The notes beneath the pieces were generated by a model. That model was not told the DNA's origin. It did no database searches and saw nothing but the letters and a program-made list of their open reading frames with translations. A program made the translations under genes and the position numbers. Shown in pieces: positions 1 through 9,280 of a stretch of DNA of 64,000 nucleotides (position 1 is the first letter of the stretch; each line of letters starts with the position of its first letter). The DNA is from Actinomycetota bacterium (lineage in GTDB: Bacteria; Actinomycetota; AC-67), in assembly GCA_036397635.1 (NCBI GenBank), contig DASWIP010000038.1:185-64184 (forward strand). The letters run 5' to 3'.

Positions 1-1344
1 CTCGTTGGTCCGCCCGGCAGCGGGAAGACGCTGCTGGCCAAGGCGGTCGCCGGCGAAGCCGCCGTGCCCTTCTTCTCCATCTCCGGGTCGGAGTTCGTCG
101 AGATGTTCGTCGGCGTGGGCGCGTCCCGGGTCCGCGACCTCTTCGAGCAGGCGAAGAAATCCGCGCCGTGTCTCGTGTTCATCGATGAGATCGACGCCGT
201 CGGCCGCCAGCGCGGGGCCGGATTGGGCGGCGGGCACGATGAGCGCGAGCAGACGCTGAACCAGCTGCTCGTCGAGATGGACGGATTCGACACCAGGACC
301 GGCGTGATCATCATGGCCGGCACGAACCGCCCGGACATCCTCGACCCCGCCCTGTTGCGGCCGGGGCGCTTCGATCGTCAGATCGTGGTGGACCGGCCCG
401 ATCTGCGCGGCCGTGAGGCGATCCTGCAGGTTCACGCGCGCGGTAAACCGCTCGCCGACGGCGTCGACCTGGGTGTGCTCGCGCGTCGGACGCCCGGGTT
501 CACCGGCGCGGATCTCGCCAACGTGATGAACGAGGCCGCGCTGCTCACCGCGCGTCACGATCGCAAGCAGATCGAGCACGGCGACCTGGAAGAGGCGGTC
601 GACCGCGTGGTCGCCGGTCCCGAGCGAAAGAGCCGTGTCATCTCGGACAAGGAGAAGCGCGTCATCGCCTACCACGAGGCGGGCCACGCGCTGGTCGGGC
701 ACGCGCTGCCCAATGCCGACCCCGTGCACAAAGTGTCGATCATCCCGCGAGGGCGCGCGCTCGGCTACACGCTGTCGCTGCCGACCGAGGACAAGTTCCT
801 GGTCACGCGGGCCGAGCTGATCGACGACCTCGCGATGTTCCTCGGCGGGAGGGTCGCGGAGGAGCTGGTCTTCCAGGACCCGACCACCGGCGCGCAGGAC
901 GACATCGACCGGGCAACCAAGGTCGCGCGGCAGATGGTCACCGAGTACGGGATGAGCACCGTCCTCGGTCCGATGGCGCTGGGTCAGAAGCACGGCGAGG
1001 TGTTCCTCGGCCGCGATTTCTCCTCGCACCCCGACTACTCCGACAACGTCGCGTACGAGATCGATCGCGAGATCCGCCGGCTGATCGACGAGGCGTACGA
1101 AGAGGCCCGCGAGATCCTGGCCGCGTACCGCGAGGTGCTCGATGCGATCGTGGACCGGCTTCTCGAGAAGGAGACCATCGAGAAGGCCGAGCTGATGGAG
1201 ATCCTGAAGCCCGTCAAGAAGCGTCCCGGCCGGAACATGAACGGCCGCGCCACGCTCTCGAGCTTCCCGACGCCGCGCGCACGCGCCGCGCGTAGCAAGC
1301 GCGCCCAGTCCTCGCGCAAGGACGGCACGAACGGCAAGAAGTAA
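1..1344 (+). CDS. ftsH: ATP-dependent zinc metalloprotease FtsH (5' end cut by window edge)
   Basis: Frame 1 is open from nt 1. It shows Walker A ([20 protein letters not shown]), Walker B ([10 protein letters not shown]), the SRH motif ([19 protein letters not shown]) and the Zn site HEAGHAL, followed by a basic C-terminal tail. Confidence 0.95.
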   Translation, partial: LVGPPGSGKTLLAKAVAGEAAVPFFSISGSEFVEMFVGVGASRVRDLFEQAKKSAPCLVFIDEIDAVGRQRGAGLGGGHDEREQTLNQLLVEMDGFDTRTGVIIMAGTNRPDILDPALLRPGRFDRQIVVDRPDLRGREAILQVHARGKPLADGVDLGVLARRTPGFTGADLANVMNEAALLTARHDRKQIEHGDLEEAVDRVVAGPERKSRVISDKEKRVIAYHEAGHALVGHALPNADPVHKVSIIPRGRALGYTLSLPTEDKFLVTRAELIDDLAMFLGGRVAEELVFQDPTTGAQDDIDRATKVARQMVTEYGMSTVLGPMALGQKHGEVFLGRDFSSHPDYSDNVAYEIDREIRRLIDEAYEEAREILAAYREVLDAIVDRLLEKETIEKAELMEILKPVKKRPGRNMNGRATLSSFPTPRARAARSKRAQSSRKDGTNGKK

Positions 1345-1352
1345 CCCCCGCC

Positions 1353-2291
1353 GTGGAGGTTCTGATCATCGGCGCCGGCGTGTCCGGCCTCACCTGCGGT
1401 GTCGTGCTGGCCGAAGCCGGGCACCGCGTGCGTATCTGGGCGCGCGATCGCACTCCCCGAACCACTTCCGACGTGGCTGCTGCCGTCTGGTATCCGCTGC
1501 GCGGTGAGCGGGACGAGCGCGTCGAGCGCTGGGTGCCGGTGTCGTTCGAACGGTTCTGCGTGTTGCCCCCAGAGGCCGGCGTGATCCGACGCGGTGGGGT
1601 GGAACTGTTCCGTTCGCGGGTGGACGACGTGTGGTGGCGGGACGTGCTGCCGGGCTTCAGGCACGCGCGCCGCGATGAGCTGCCGCCCGACTTCGTCGAC
1701 GGCTTCGTCAGCGAGGGGCTTCCCGTGATCGAGATGCCGATCTATCTGCCCTGGCTCGAGGCGCGGTTCGCTTCGCTGGGCGGCATGATCGAGCAGCGCG
1801 CGCTGTCCTCGCTCGACCATGCGCTCACGGCGGCCGAGGTGGTCGTGAACTGCTCCGGGCTCGGCGCGCGCGAACTCTGCGGCGACGAGGCGCTGCATCC
1901 GGTGCGCGGCCAAGTCGTCCGGGTGCGTCGGTTCGGGCTCGAGCGGTTCATCTTCGATGAGGAGGACCCCGCCGGGGTCGTCTACATCCTGCCGCGCTCG
2001 CGCGACGTGGTGCTGGGCGGCACCCGCCATGCCGGCTCGGACTCGCTTGCGATCGATGAGAAGCTCGAGCGCGACATCATCGAACGGTGCGCGGTACTCG
2101 AACCGCGTGTGCTCGATGCCGAGATCGTGTCGCGCGCGGTGGGTCTACGACCGGGGCGTCCGTCCGTGCGCCTCGAACTTGAGCAGCGGGCCGACGGCCT
2201 GATCATCCATGACTACGGCCACGGCGGCAGCGGCGTTACGCTCAGCTGGGGCTGCGCCGAGGAGGTGCGCGCGCTGCTCGGGCGAACGTGA
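1353..2291 (+). CDS. D-amino-acid oxidase-like FAD-dependent oxidoreductase
   Basis: N-terminal dinucleotide fold VLIIGAGVSGL and the C-terminal DAO-type signature HDYGHGGSGVTLSWGCA. Starts at GTG, 9 nt after the ftsH stop. Confidence 0.75.
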   Translation: MEVLIIGAGVSGLTCGVVLAEAGHRVRIWARDRTPRTTSDVAAAVWYPLRGERDERVERWVPVSFERFCVLPPEAGVIRRGGVELFRSRVDDVWWRDVLPGFRHARRDELPPDFVDGFVSEGLPVIEMPIYLPWLEARFASLGGMIEQRALSSLDHALTAAEVVVNCSGLGARELCGDEALHPVRGQVVRVRRFGLERFIFDEEDPAGVVYILPRSRDVVLGGTRHAGSDSLAIDEKLERDIIERCAVLEPRVLDAEIVSRAVGLRPGRPSVRLELEQRADGLIIHDYGHGGSGVTLSWGCAEEVRALLGRT

Positions 2292-2319
2292 CGCCCGGCG
2301 TCGCGGCTACACTTGCGTT

Positions 2320-2949
2320 ATGACGTTCGAGCCGCTGGTCGTGGCCTCGGCTGCGGAGGTAGCTGAGGCTTCGCCGCGCGCGCGCTTCGACGCGGCGAGG
2401 ATCCGGGCGGCGGTACGCGAGCTGCTCGAGGCTATCGGCGAGGATCCCGAGCGCACGGGCCTGATCGAGACGCCTCGGCGTGTCGCCGAGGCGTACGAGG
2501 AGATCTTCGGCGGGTACGCGGTCGATCCGGTCGAGGTGCTCGAGCCGCTGCCCGGCGAGCGCGGTGACGGCCTGATAATGGTCCGCGACATCGATGTCAT
2601 CTCGTTCTGCGAGCACCATCTGCTGCCGTTCATCGGCACCGCGGCGGTCGCGTACCTCCCCGGCGCCGAGGGCCGCATCACCGGCCTGTCGAAGCTCGCT
2701 CGCCTGATCGAGGTGCTATCGCGCCGGCTGCAGGTGCAGGAACGGCTGGTGCGTGAGGCGGGCGAGGCGCTCGAACGCGCCCTGGCGCCGCGCGGCTCGT
2801 TCGTGGTGATCGAGGCCGAGCATCTGTGCATGAGCGTGCGCGGCGCGCACAAGCCGGGGTCGGTTACCGTGACCACGGACGCGCGCGGTGTCTTCGCCGA
2901 CGACGCGGCGGCGCGCGCGGAGCTGCTCGCGCTGGCGCGCGGTGCGTAA
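2320..2949 (+). CDS. folE: GTP cyclohydrolase I
   Basis: Motifs ETPRRVAEAYEE, CEHHLLPF and GLSKLARLIE. ATG 2320 was chosen inside the longer ORF 2209..2949 to avoid overlapping the DAO gene. Confidence 0.9.
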   Translation: MTFEPLVVASAAEVAEASPRARFDAARIRAAVRELLEAIGEDPERTGLIETPRRVAEAYEEIFGGYAVDPVEVLEPLPGERGDGLIMVRDIDVISFCEHHLLPFIGTAAVAYLPGAEGRITGLSKLARLIEVLSRRLQVQERLVREAGEALERALAPRGSFVVIEAEHLCMSVRGAHKPGSVTVTTDARGVFADDAAARAELLALARGA

Positions 2950-2953
2950 GGCG

Positions 2954-3799
2954 ATGCGCGACATCGTGTGGCCCGGCGGCGCGCTCCGCCTGAGCGAACG
3001 GACGCACATCATGGGGGTCGTCAACGTCACGCCCGACTCGTTCTCGGACGGCGGCATGTTCCTCGACCCCGCCGACGCGATTGAGCACGGCATCCGGTTG
3101 GCCGAGGAAGGCGCCGACGCCCTGGACGTGGGCGGCGAGTCGACCAGGCCGGGAGCGGATCCCGTCGGCGCCGACGACGAGATCGCGCGCGCGGTGCCGG
3201 TGATCGAGGGGCTGGCCAAGAGCGTCGAGGTGCCGATCAGCATCGACACGACGAAGTCGGCGGTCGCGCGCGCGGCGCTGGATGCGGGCGCGAGCATCAT
3301 CAACGACGTATCCGCCGGCCGCCTCGACCCATCGATCCTCACGCTGGCCGCCGAGCGGGATGTGCCGGTGATCCTGATGCACATGCTGGGCGAACCGCGC
3401 ACGATGCAGCGGGACCCCATCTACGACGACGTGGTCGAGGACGTTCGTGCCTTCCTGGTCTCGCGCGCGCAAGCGGCGGCCGACGCGGGCGTGGACCCCG
3501 GGCGCATCGTGATCGATCCCGGCATCGGGTTCGGCAAGACGCCGCAGCACAACCTGACCCTGCTCAAACGGTTGCGGGACCTGACCCATCCGGGCTACCC
3601 CGTACTACTCGGGGCGTCCCGGAAGAGCTTCATCGGCCTGACCCTCGACCTCCCCGTCGAGGAGCGCCTCGAGGGAACCCTGGCCACCACCGCGGTCGGG
3701 ATCCTCAACGGTGCTTCGATGGTGCGGGTCCATGATGTGCGTGCAAATCTGCGAGCAGCGCGTATCGTGGATGCCGTAGTCCGTGCTGGAGACCGGTGA
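2954..3799 (+). CDS. folP: dihydropteroate synthase
   Basis: Motifs IMGVVNVTPDSFSDGG, DVGGESTRPGA and DPGIGFGKT. The ATG at 2954 lies 5 nt after the folE stop. Confidence 0.9.
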   Translation: MRDIVWPGGALRLSERTHIMGVVNVTPDSFSDGGMFLDPADAIEHGIRLAEEGADALDVGGESTRPGADPVGADDEIARAVPVIEGLAKSVEVPISIDTTKSAVARAALDAGASIINDVSAGRLDPSILTLAAERDVPVILMHMLGEPRTMQRDPIYDDVVEDVRAFLVSRAQAAADAGVDPGRIVIDPGIGFGKTPQHNLTLLKRLRDLTHPGYPVLLGASRKSFIGLTLDLPVEERLEGTLATTAVGILNGASMVRVHDVRANLRAARIVDAVVRAGDR

Positions 3800-4191
3800 T
3801 GGATGGATCGGATCTGATCGAGGTTCGCGGCCTGAAGCTGCGTGGCCGCATCGGCGTCACCGCCGATGAGCGTATGCACGAGCAGCCGCTCATCTTGAGT
3901 CTGGCTGCTCGGTTGGACACGCGCGCGGCCTCGACCACCGACGATCTCTCCGCCACGCTGGACTACGAGGATCTGATCCGCCAGATCTCCAAGATCGTCG
4001 CCGGCGAGGAGTATGGGCTCATCGAGACCCTCGCCGACCGCATCGCGCGGCACATCCTCGAGCAGCATGTGTACGTCGAGGACGTATGGGTGCGGGTCGC
4101 CAAGCCGGCGGCGCTGGTCTCCGAAGAGGTCGAGGAGGTTGCGGTCGAGATCACTCGCTCGCGCGGGGATCTCGGCGGCTCGCATCAGTGA
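3796..4191 (+). CDS. folB: dihydroneopterin aldolase
   Basis: IEVRGLKLRGRIGVTADER...LDYEDL pattern, about 130 aa. The start (GTG 3796 or ATG 3799) overlaps the folP stop. Confidence 0.85.
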   Translation: MMDGSDLIEVRGLKLRGRIGVTADERMHEQPLILSLAARLDTRAASTTDDLSATLDYEDLIRQISKIVAGEEYGLIETLADRIARHILEQHVYVEDVWVRVAKPAALVSEEVEEVAVEITRSRGDLGGSHQ

Positions 4192-4685
4192 CGCGCGCGT
4201 ATATCGGGCTCGGGGCGAACCTCGGCGATCGGCTGCACGTGATCAACCAAGCGATCGAGGCGCTCGACTGGGGTGACACCCGCGTGGTGTCGCGTTCCAG
4301 CGTCTACGAGACGGATCCGGTCGGCGGCCCGAGCGATCAGCCGCCGTTCCTGAACATGGTGATCGCCGTCGAGACCGATCTGGAACCGCGCGGTCTTTTC
4401 GAACGCTGCCTCGCCGTCGAAGCCGCGCTCGGAAGAGATCGCTGGCTCGAGCAGCGCTGGGGTCCGCGCGCGATCGACCTCGATATCCTCGTGTTCGGGG
4501 ATCAGGTCATCGACGAGCCCGATCTGCTGATCCCGCACCCGCGGATGCACGAGCGCGCGTTTGTCCTCGTCCCCCTCGCCGAGATCGCGCCGGATCTCGT
4601 GGTCCCCGGCCGCGGGACACCTCCAGCGCTGCTGGACGCATCGGGACGCGCGGGCGGCGTGCTTCTCTTCGAGGATCGCTTCTAG
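4188..4685 (+). CDS. folK: 2-amino-4-hydroxy-6-hydroxymethyldihydropteridine diphosphokinase (HPPK)
   Basis: Motifs AYIGLGANLGDR, WGPRAIDLDIL and IPHPRMHERAFVLVPL. GTG 4188 forms a GTGA overlap with the folB stop. Confidence 0.85.
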   Translation: MTRAYIGLGANLGDRLHVINQAIEALDWGDTRVVSRSSVYETDPVGGPSDQPPFLNMVIAVETDLEPRGLFERCLAVEAALGRDRWLEQRWGPRAIDLDILVFGDQVIDEPDLLIPHPRMHERAFVLVPLAEIAPDLVVPGRGTPPALLDASGRAGGVLLFEDRF

Positions 4686-4761
4686 CGACCAGGATCACCG
4701 ACAGGATCGTTCAGCATGAGGTCGGGTTCGATGCCCGCGCGATCTCCTTCGCCGTGACCCG

Positions 4762-5166
4762 CTACCAGATCAGGGTCACGTCTCGTCGCGCGCGCGCGAA
4801 CTCGGTGATGCGCGCGTCTTTCGTCACGAGGGGGATCCCACGCTCCTTCGCTGTGGCGTAGATCAGCGAGTCGGCGGGGTCGCCGTGGAATCCCTCGTCC
4901 GGGAGCATCCCGGCGATCAAGGCCATCCGGCTCGTTGGCGCGACGGCTTCAACGTCGTGGCCCTCGAAAACGCCCTCGAACCACCGATACGGGTCAACGG
5001 TCAGCGAGATGCGTCCCTTCGCCAAGAGGCGCCCAACCTCCCAGCACGTGATCGTGCTGATGAACAAGGTGGACGCAGATGCGATCGCCCGAGAAGCCGG
5101 GCGGGACACGCGGTCGGCGCCCCCGAGCCACCACAGGAGAGCATGGGTGTCGAGGAGGATGCTCAT
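4762..5166 (-). CDS. vapC: PIN-domain ribonuclease toxin (VapC family)
   Basis: Begins MSILLDTHALLWW (first acidic residue), then ITCWEV and GDPADSLIYATA. 134 aa, with an ATGA overlap onto the upstream antitoxin. Confidence 0.8.
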   Translation of the reverse strand: MSILLDTHALLWWLGGADRVSRPASRAIASASTLFISTITCWEVGRLLAKGRISLTVDPYRWFEGVFEGHDVEAVAPTSRMALIAGMLPDEGFHGDPADSLIYATAKERGIPLVTKDARITEFARARRDVTLIW

Positions 5167-5402
5167 GCTCCCTCGGCGTCCCAGACCTCTCCGGTCGACA
5201 TGTAGTCCTCCTCCTCGTCGGACAGCAGGATCACGGTGCCGATCATGGTCGCGGGTGGGGCTGTCTCATCGATGGGCACGACCCGCGCGACGGGACGTCC
5301 CCGCTTGGTGATCAGGTAGGTCGCCTTCGTTTCTGCGACATGGTCGAGCAGCGCAAGACATCGCTGCTTGAACTCGCTTGCCTTGATCGCCTCATCCGGC
5401 AT
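5163..5402 (-). CDS. Phd/YefM-type antitoxin
   Basis: 79 aa. Shows ASEFKQRCLALLDHV...YLITKRGRPVARVVP and an acidic C-terminal tail. ATG 5402 was chosen inside the longer ORF. Confidence 0.7.
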   Translation of the reverse strand: MPDEAIKASEFKQRCLALLDHVAETKATYLITKRGRPVARVVPIDETAPPATMIGTVILLSDEEEDYMSTGEVWDAEGA

Positions 5403-5588
5403 GACTCCATGGTAGGGGCTACATGGACATCTGTCCATGGACGTGTGTCTAGATAGCGACGATCGCGACGTTTCCCCTGGCAGCCGACGCCCGCGCCGCA
5501 TCGCGGGGCGAGCCCTCACTCAGCGTCGGGTATCATGGGTGGTCCGAACGGTACCCGCCGTGGACCGGAACGGAGGAGACAGACAACT

Positions 5589-6392
5589 GTGATCGATACC
5601 GGCCGCCCCCTCGGGGCGACGCCTCTCCCCCAACCGCCCTTCGATGTCGTCATGCTCGGAAACGGTCGCGTGGGGGGCTCGCTCGCGAAGGCGCTCACCG
5701 ATACCGGGAGCCGCGTGCTCGCGCTGCTCGGCCGCGATGACGATCCCTCTCCGATCGCGCGCGCGAGCCTGGTCGTCATCGCGGTTCCCGACGATGCGCT
5801 CGACGAGGCCGCCGGTTTGGTCGCTCGCCTCGGGCGGCCCGGCACGGTCGTTGCGCACACCTGCGGCATGGCCGCGCTCGAGCCTTTGGCCGAGTGCGGG
5901 CCCCTGGTCGCCGCGATCCATCCGGCTATCCCCGTCGCGACGACCGAGACCTCATTCGCGGGTGCGCCCTTCGGCGTCACCTGCGCCCCGGGGCTCGAGG
6001 TCTGGTGTGAAGCACTTGTCGCGAGCATCGGGGGCACGGCATTCCCGGTCCCCGCCGAGCAGCGCGTCTCCTACCACGCCGCGCTTGCGATCGCGTCTAA
6101 CTTCACGGTGGCGCTCGCCGGCGATGCAGCCGAGCTGACGGGCTCGTTCGAGCTGCTCGTCCCGCTGATGCGCGCGACCGTCGAGAACATCGCTCGTCTG
6201 GGACCCGAAGCGGCGTTGACCGGGCCGATCGCGCGTGGCGACGTGGGCACCGTGCGCGCACATCTCGCAGCGTTGCCGCCGCACCTGGTCGAGCCGTACG
6301 TGGTGATGGCGCGCCGGACGCTCGCGCACACGACCCTCAGCCGCGAGCAGCGCGCCGTGATCGAAGCGGTGCTCGGGGAGGCGCTCCGATGA
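5589..6392 (+). CDS. Rossmann-like / DUF2520 domain protein (pan-operon associated putative oxidoreductase)
   Basis: Contains VVMLGNGRVGGSLAKAL and the C-terminal block LTGPIARGD. The stop overlaps the panC start (ATGA). GTG 5589 sits 10 nt after GGAGGAG; the start is uncertain. Confidence 0.6.
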   Translation: MIDTGRPLGATPLPQPPFDVVMLGNGRVGGSLAKALTDTGSRVLALLGRDDDPSPIARASLVVIAVPDDALDEAAGLVARLGRPGTVVAHTCGMAALEPLAECGPLVAAIHPAIPVATTETSFAGAPFGVTCAPGLEVWCEALVASIGGTAFPVPAEQRVSYHAALAIASNFTVALAGDAAELTGSFELLVPLMRATVENIARLGPEAALTGPIARGDVGTVRAHLAALPPHLVEPYVVMARRTLAHTTLSREQRAVIEAVLGEALR

Positions 6393-7243
6393 GGCTTCTC
6401 GAGACGATCGGTGAGGCGCGTGCGCTGCTCGACAAGGAGCGAGCCAGCGGGCGAGGGATCGGGTTCGTGCCAACGATGGGTTACCTGCACGAGGGACACG
6501 CCAGCCTGATCCGCCGGGCGCGCGCCGACGATGATGTCGTCGTCGCGAGCATCTTCGTCAACCCGCTGCAGTTCGGGCCGGCCGAAGATCTGGCGGCCTA
6601 TCCACGCGACCTGGACCGCGATCTCGATCTTTGCGAGCGCGAGGGTGTGGATGCCGTCTTCCACCCCGCGGCGCAGGAGATGTATCCCGAGCCGAACCCC
6701 TTCACGATCACGGTGGGCGAGATCGGGACCAAGCTCTGCGGCGCGACCAGGCCCGGCCACTTCGACGGTGTCGCCACCGTGGTCGCCAAGCTCTGGAACA
6801 TCGTCGGGCCGTGCCGCTCGTACTTCGGCGAGAAGGACTACCAACAGCTCGTCATCCTGCGGCGGCTCGCGCGCGCCTTCGACGTCCCCATCGAGGTGAT
6901 CGGCTGCCCGATCGTGCGCGAACCCGATGGGATCGCGTTGTCCAGCAGGAACATCTACCTCGACGGCGAAGAACGCCGGGCGGCGCTGGTGCTCAAGGTC
7001 GCGCTCGACGAGGCGGCACGGCGCGCCGAGGAGGGCGAACGTGACGGGGTCAGGCTCGCCGAGGGGATGGCGGCACGGATATCCTCTGAGCCGCTCGCCG
7101 GGTTGGATTACGCGGCCTGCGTGGATCCCGAGACGCTCGGGGACCTTCAGCTGCTCGGGGAGGGAGCGTTGCTGGCTGTAGCCGCATGGGTCGGCAAGGC
7201 ACGACTGATCGACAACGTGACGGTGGAGACGGTGACCCGGTGA
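6389..7243 (+). CDS. panC: pantoate--beta-alanine ligase
   Basis: Motifs [23 protein letters not shown] and [13 protein letters not shown]. Confidence 0.95.
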   Translation: MRLLETIGEARALLDKERASGRGIGFVPTMGYLHEGHASLIRRARADDDVVVASIFVNPLQFGPAEDLAAYPRDLDRDLDLCEREGVDAVFHPAAQEMYPEPNPFTITVGEIGTKLCGATRPGHFDGVATVVAKLWNIVGPCRSYFGEKDYQQLVILRRLARAFDVPIEVIGCPIVREPDGIALSSRNIYLDGEERRAALVLKVALDEAARRAEEGERDGVRLAEGMAARISSEPLAGLDYAACVDPETLGDLQLLGEGALLAVAAWVGKARLIDNVTVETVTR

Positions 7244-7265
7244 CGGGCATCGATCGGAGGAAGCC

Positions 7266-7649
7266 ATGCTGCGAACGATGATGAAGTCCAAGATCCACCG
7301 GGCGACCGTGACCGAGGCGAACGTCGACTACGTCGGCTCGATCACGTTGGATCCCGACCTGATGAAGGCGGCCGACATCCTGCCCAACGAGCAGGTGCAG
7401 ATCGCCGATGTCACCAACGGCGCCCGCCTGATCACCTACGCGATCCCCGGCGAGCCGGGGTCGGGCGACTGCTGCATCAACGGCGCGGCCGCGCGCCTGG
7501 TGAGGGAAGGCGACACGGTCCTGATCATCTCGTACGCGCAGATGACCGAGGAAGAGTCCAGGCGACACTCGCCCACCGTCGTGTTCGTCGAGGGGCGCAA
7601 CCGCATCGCCGAGATCAGGGCAGAGCAGGCATACAGCGTAGGCGTCTAG
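7266..7649 (+). CDS. panD: aspartate 1-decarboxylase
   Basis: [29 protein letters not shown], including the Gly-Ser self-processing site. Confidence 0.95.
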   Translation: MLRTMMKSKIHRATVTEANVDYVGSITLDPDLMKAADILPNEQVQIADVTNGARLITYAIPGEPGSGDCCINGAAARLVREGDTVLIISYAQMTEEESRRHSPTVVFVEGRNRIAEIRAEQAYSVGV

Positions 7650-8476
7650 TGGACGAGAGCTCCTTACGCGAGCTCGTCCGACGCGCACTCGACGAGGACG
7701 CGGCCGGCGACGACATCACCACGCTCGCGACCGTTCCTGAGCACCTGCGCGGCCGCGCGCGCCTGCTCGCCAACCAGGACGCCGTGATCGCAGGGCTGGA
7801 CGCGTTCGTCGCTTGCTTCCGTGCGCTCGACCCCGGCGTCGAGATCAAGGAACGACGCGCCGACGGGGAGCGTGTGCGCGCCGGCGATGAGGTCGCCGTG
7901 CTCGAGGGGCCGTTGCGCCCGATCTTGACGGCGGAGCGCACCGCGTTGAACCTGGTACAGCGGCTCAGCGGCGTCGCCACCCTGGCGCGCGCGTTCGTCG
8001 AGGCGGCGGCCGGTGTGCAGATCCGCGACACGCGCAAGACCACACCGGGCCTGCGAACGCTCGAAAAGGAAGCTGTGGTCGCCGGCGGCGCCACCAACCA
8101 TCGTCGTGACCTCGCGGCCGCGGTGTTGATCAAGGACAACCACATCGTCGCAGCCGGTGGGATCACCACGGCGGTCGCGCGCGCGCGCGCGGCGCAACCG
8201 GACCGCTGGGTCGAGGTCGAATGCGAGACGATCGAGGGGGTGCGCGAGGCCCTGGACGCCGGCGCCGACGAGATCCTGCTCGACAACATGGATCCCCCCG
8301 CCCTCGCCGACGCCGTGAAAGTGATCGCCGGCCGCGCGCGCACCGAAGCCTCCGGGGGCGTGACGCTGGACACGGTTGCGGCGATCGCCGCCACGGGCGT
8401 GGACGTGATCAGCGTGGGCGCGCTGACCCACTCCGCGCCCGCGGTAGATGTGAGCCTGACGGTCGAGGTCCTGTAA
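7649..8476 (+). CDS. nadC: nicotinate-nucleotide pyrophosphorylase (quinolinate phosphoribosyltransferase)
   Basis: Motifs DDITT, ERTALNLVQRLSG, TRKTTPGLR and LLDNM. The GTG start overlaps the panD stop by 1 nt. Confidence 0.85.
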   Translation: MDESSLRELVRRALDEDAAGDDITTLATVPEHLRGRARLLANQDAVIAGLDAFVACFRALDPGVEIKERRADGERVRAGDEVAVLEGPLRPILTAERTALNLVQRLSGVATLARAFVEAAAGVQIRDTRKTTPGLRTLEKEAVVAGGATNHRRDLAAAVLIKDNHIVAAGGITTAVARARAAQPDRWVEVECETIEGVREALDAGADEILLDNMDPPALADAVKVIAGRARTEASGGVTLDTVAAIAATGVDVISVGALTHSAPAVDVSLTVEVL

Positions 8477-8478
8477 CG

Positions 8479-9258
8479 ATGCTGCTCGCCGTCGATGTGG
8501 GCAACACACAGACGCTGGTCGGGATGTTCGAGCGCGAGGAGCTGATGCAACATTGGCGGCTGGCGACCGAAGCCCCACGGACCGCGGACGAGTGGGCGCT
8601 GATCTTCCAGGGCTTGCTCATGCAGGTGGGGTTGTCGTTCTCGCGCAACGTCACCGGCGTGATCATCTCCAGCGTGGTCCCGCGTGTGACACAGAACCTC
8701 CGCGAGATGACAGAGCGCTACTTCCACTATCCGCCGCTGGTCGTCGAGCCCGGGATCAAGACGGGGATGCCGATCAACATCGACAACCCCAAGGAGGTTG
8801 GGGCAGACCGGATCGTCAACGCGATCGCCGGCCACGCCAAGTACGGCGGGCCGTGCATCGTGGTGGATTTCGGAACCTCGACGAACTTCGACGCCGTGAG
8901 CGCCAACGGCGAGTACCTGGGCGGCGCGATCGCACCCGGCGTCGAGATCTCGACCAACGCGCTGGTGTCCCGGGGTGCGCAGCTACGGCGGATCGAGTTC
9001 GTGCCGCCCCGATCGGTGATCGGCAAGAACACGGTTGAGGCGATCCAATCCGGCGTGCTGTTCGGCTTCGCCGGGCAGGTGGACGCGATCGTCGACCGCA
9101 TGCGCGCAGAGCTGGGAGGGGCGGCGACGACCATCGCCACCGGCGGTCTCGCCCCGGTGATCATGCCCCACACCCGAACTCTCGATCATCACGAGCCGTG
9201 GTTGACGCTCGAAGGGCTGCTGATCATCTACGAGCTCAACGCCGGGAACCCCGGCTGA
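8479..9258 (+). CDS. coaX: type III pantothenate kinase
   Basis: Motifs MLLAVDVGNT, GADRIVNA and VDFGTSTNFD. ATG 8479 lies 3 nt after the nadC stop, inside the longer ORF 8221..9258. Confidence 0.9.
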   Translation: MLLAVDVGNTQTLVGMFEREELMQHWRLATEAPRTADEWALIFQGLLMQVGLSFSRNVTGVIISSVVPRVTQNLREMTERYFHYPPLVVEPGIKTGMPINIDNPKEVGADRIVNAIAGHAKYGGPCIVVDFGTSTNFDAVSANGEYLGGAIAPGVEISTNALVSRGAQLRRIEFVPPRSVIGKNTVEAIQSGVLFGFAGQVDAIVDRMRAELGGAATTIATGGLAPVIMPHTRTLDHHEPWLTLEGLLIIYELNAGNPG

Positions 9259-9280
9259 TCCTGGGGTACGCTCGCGCGCG

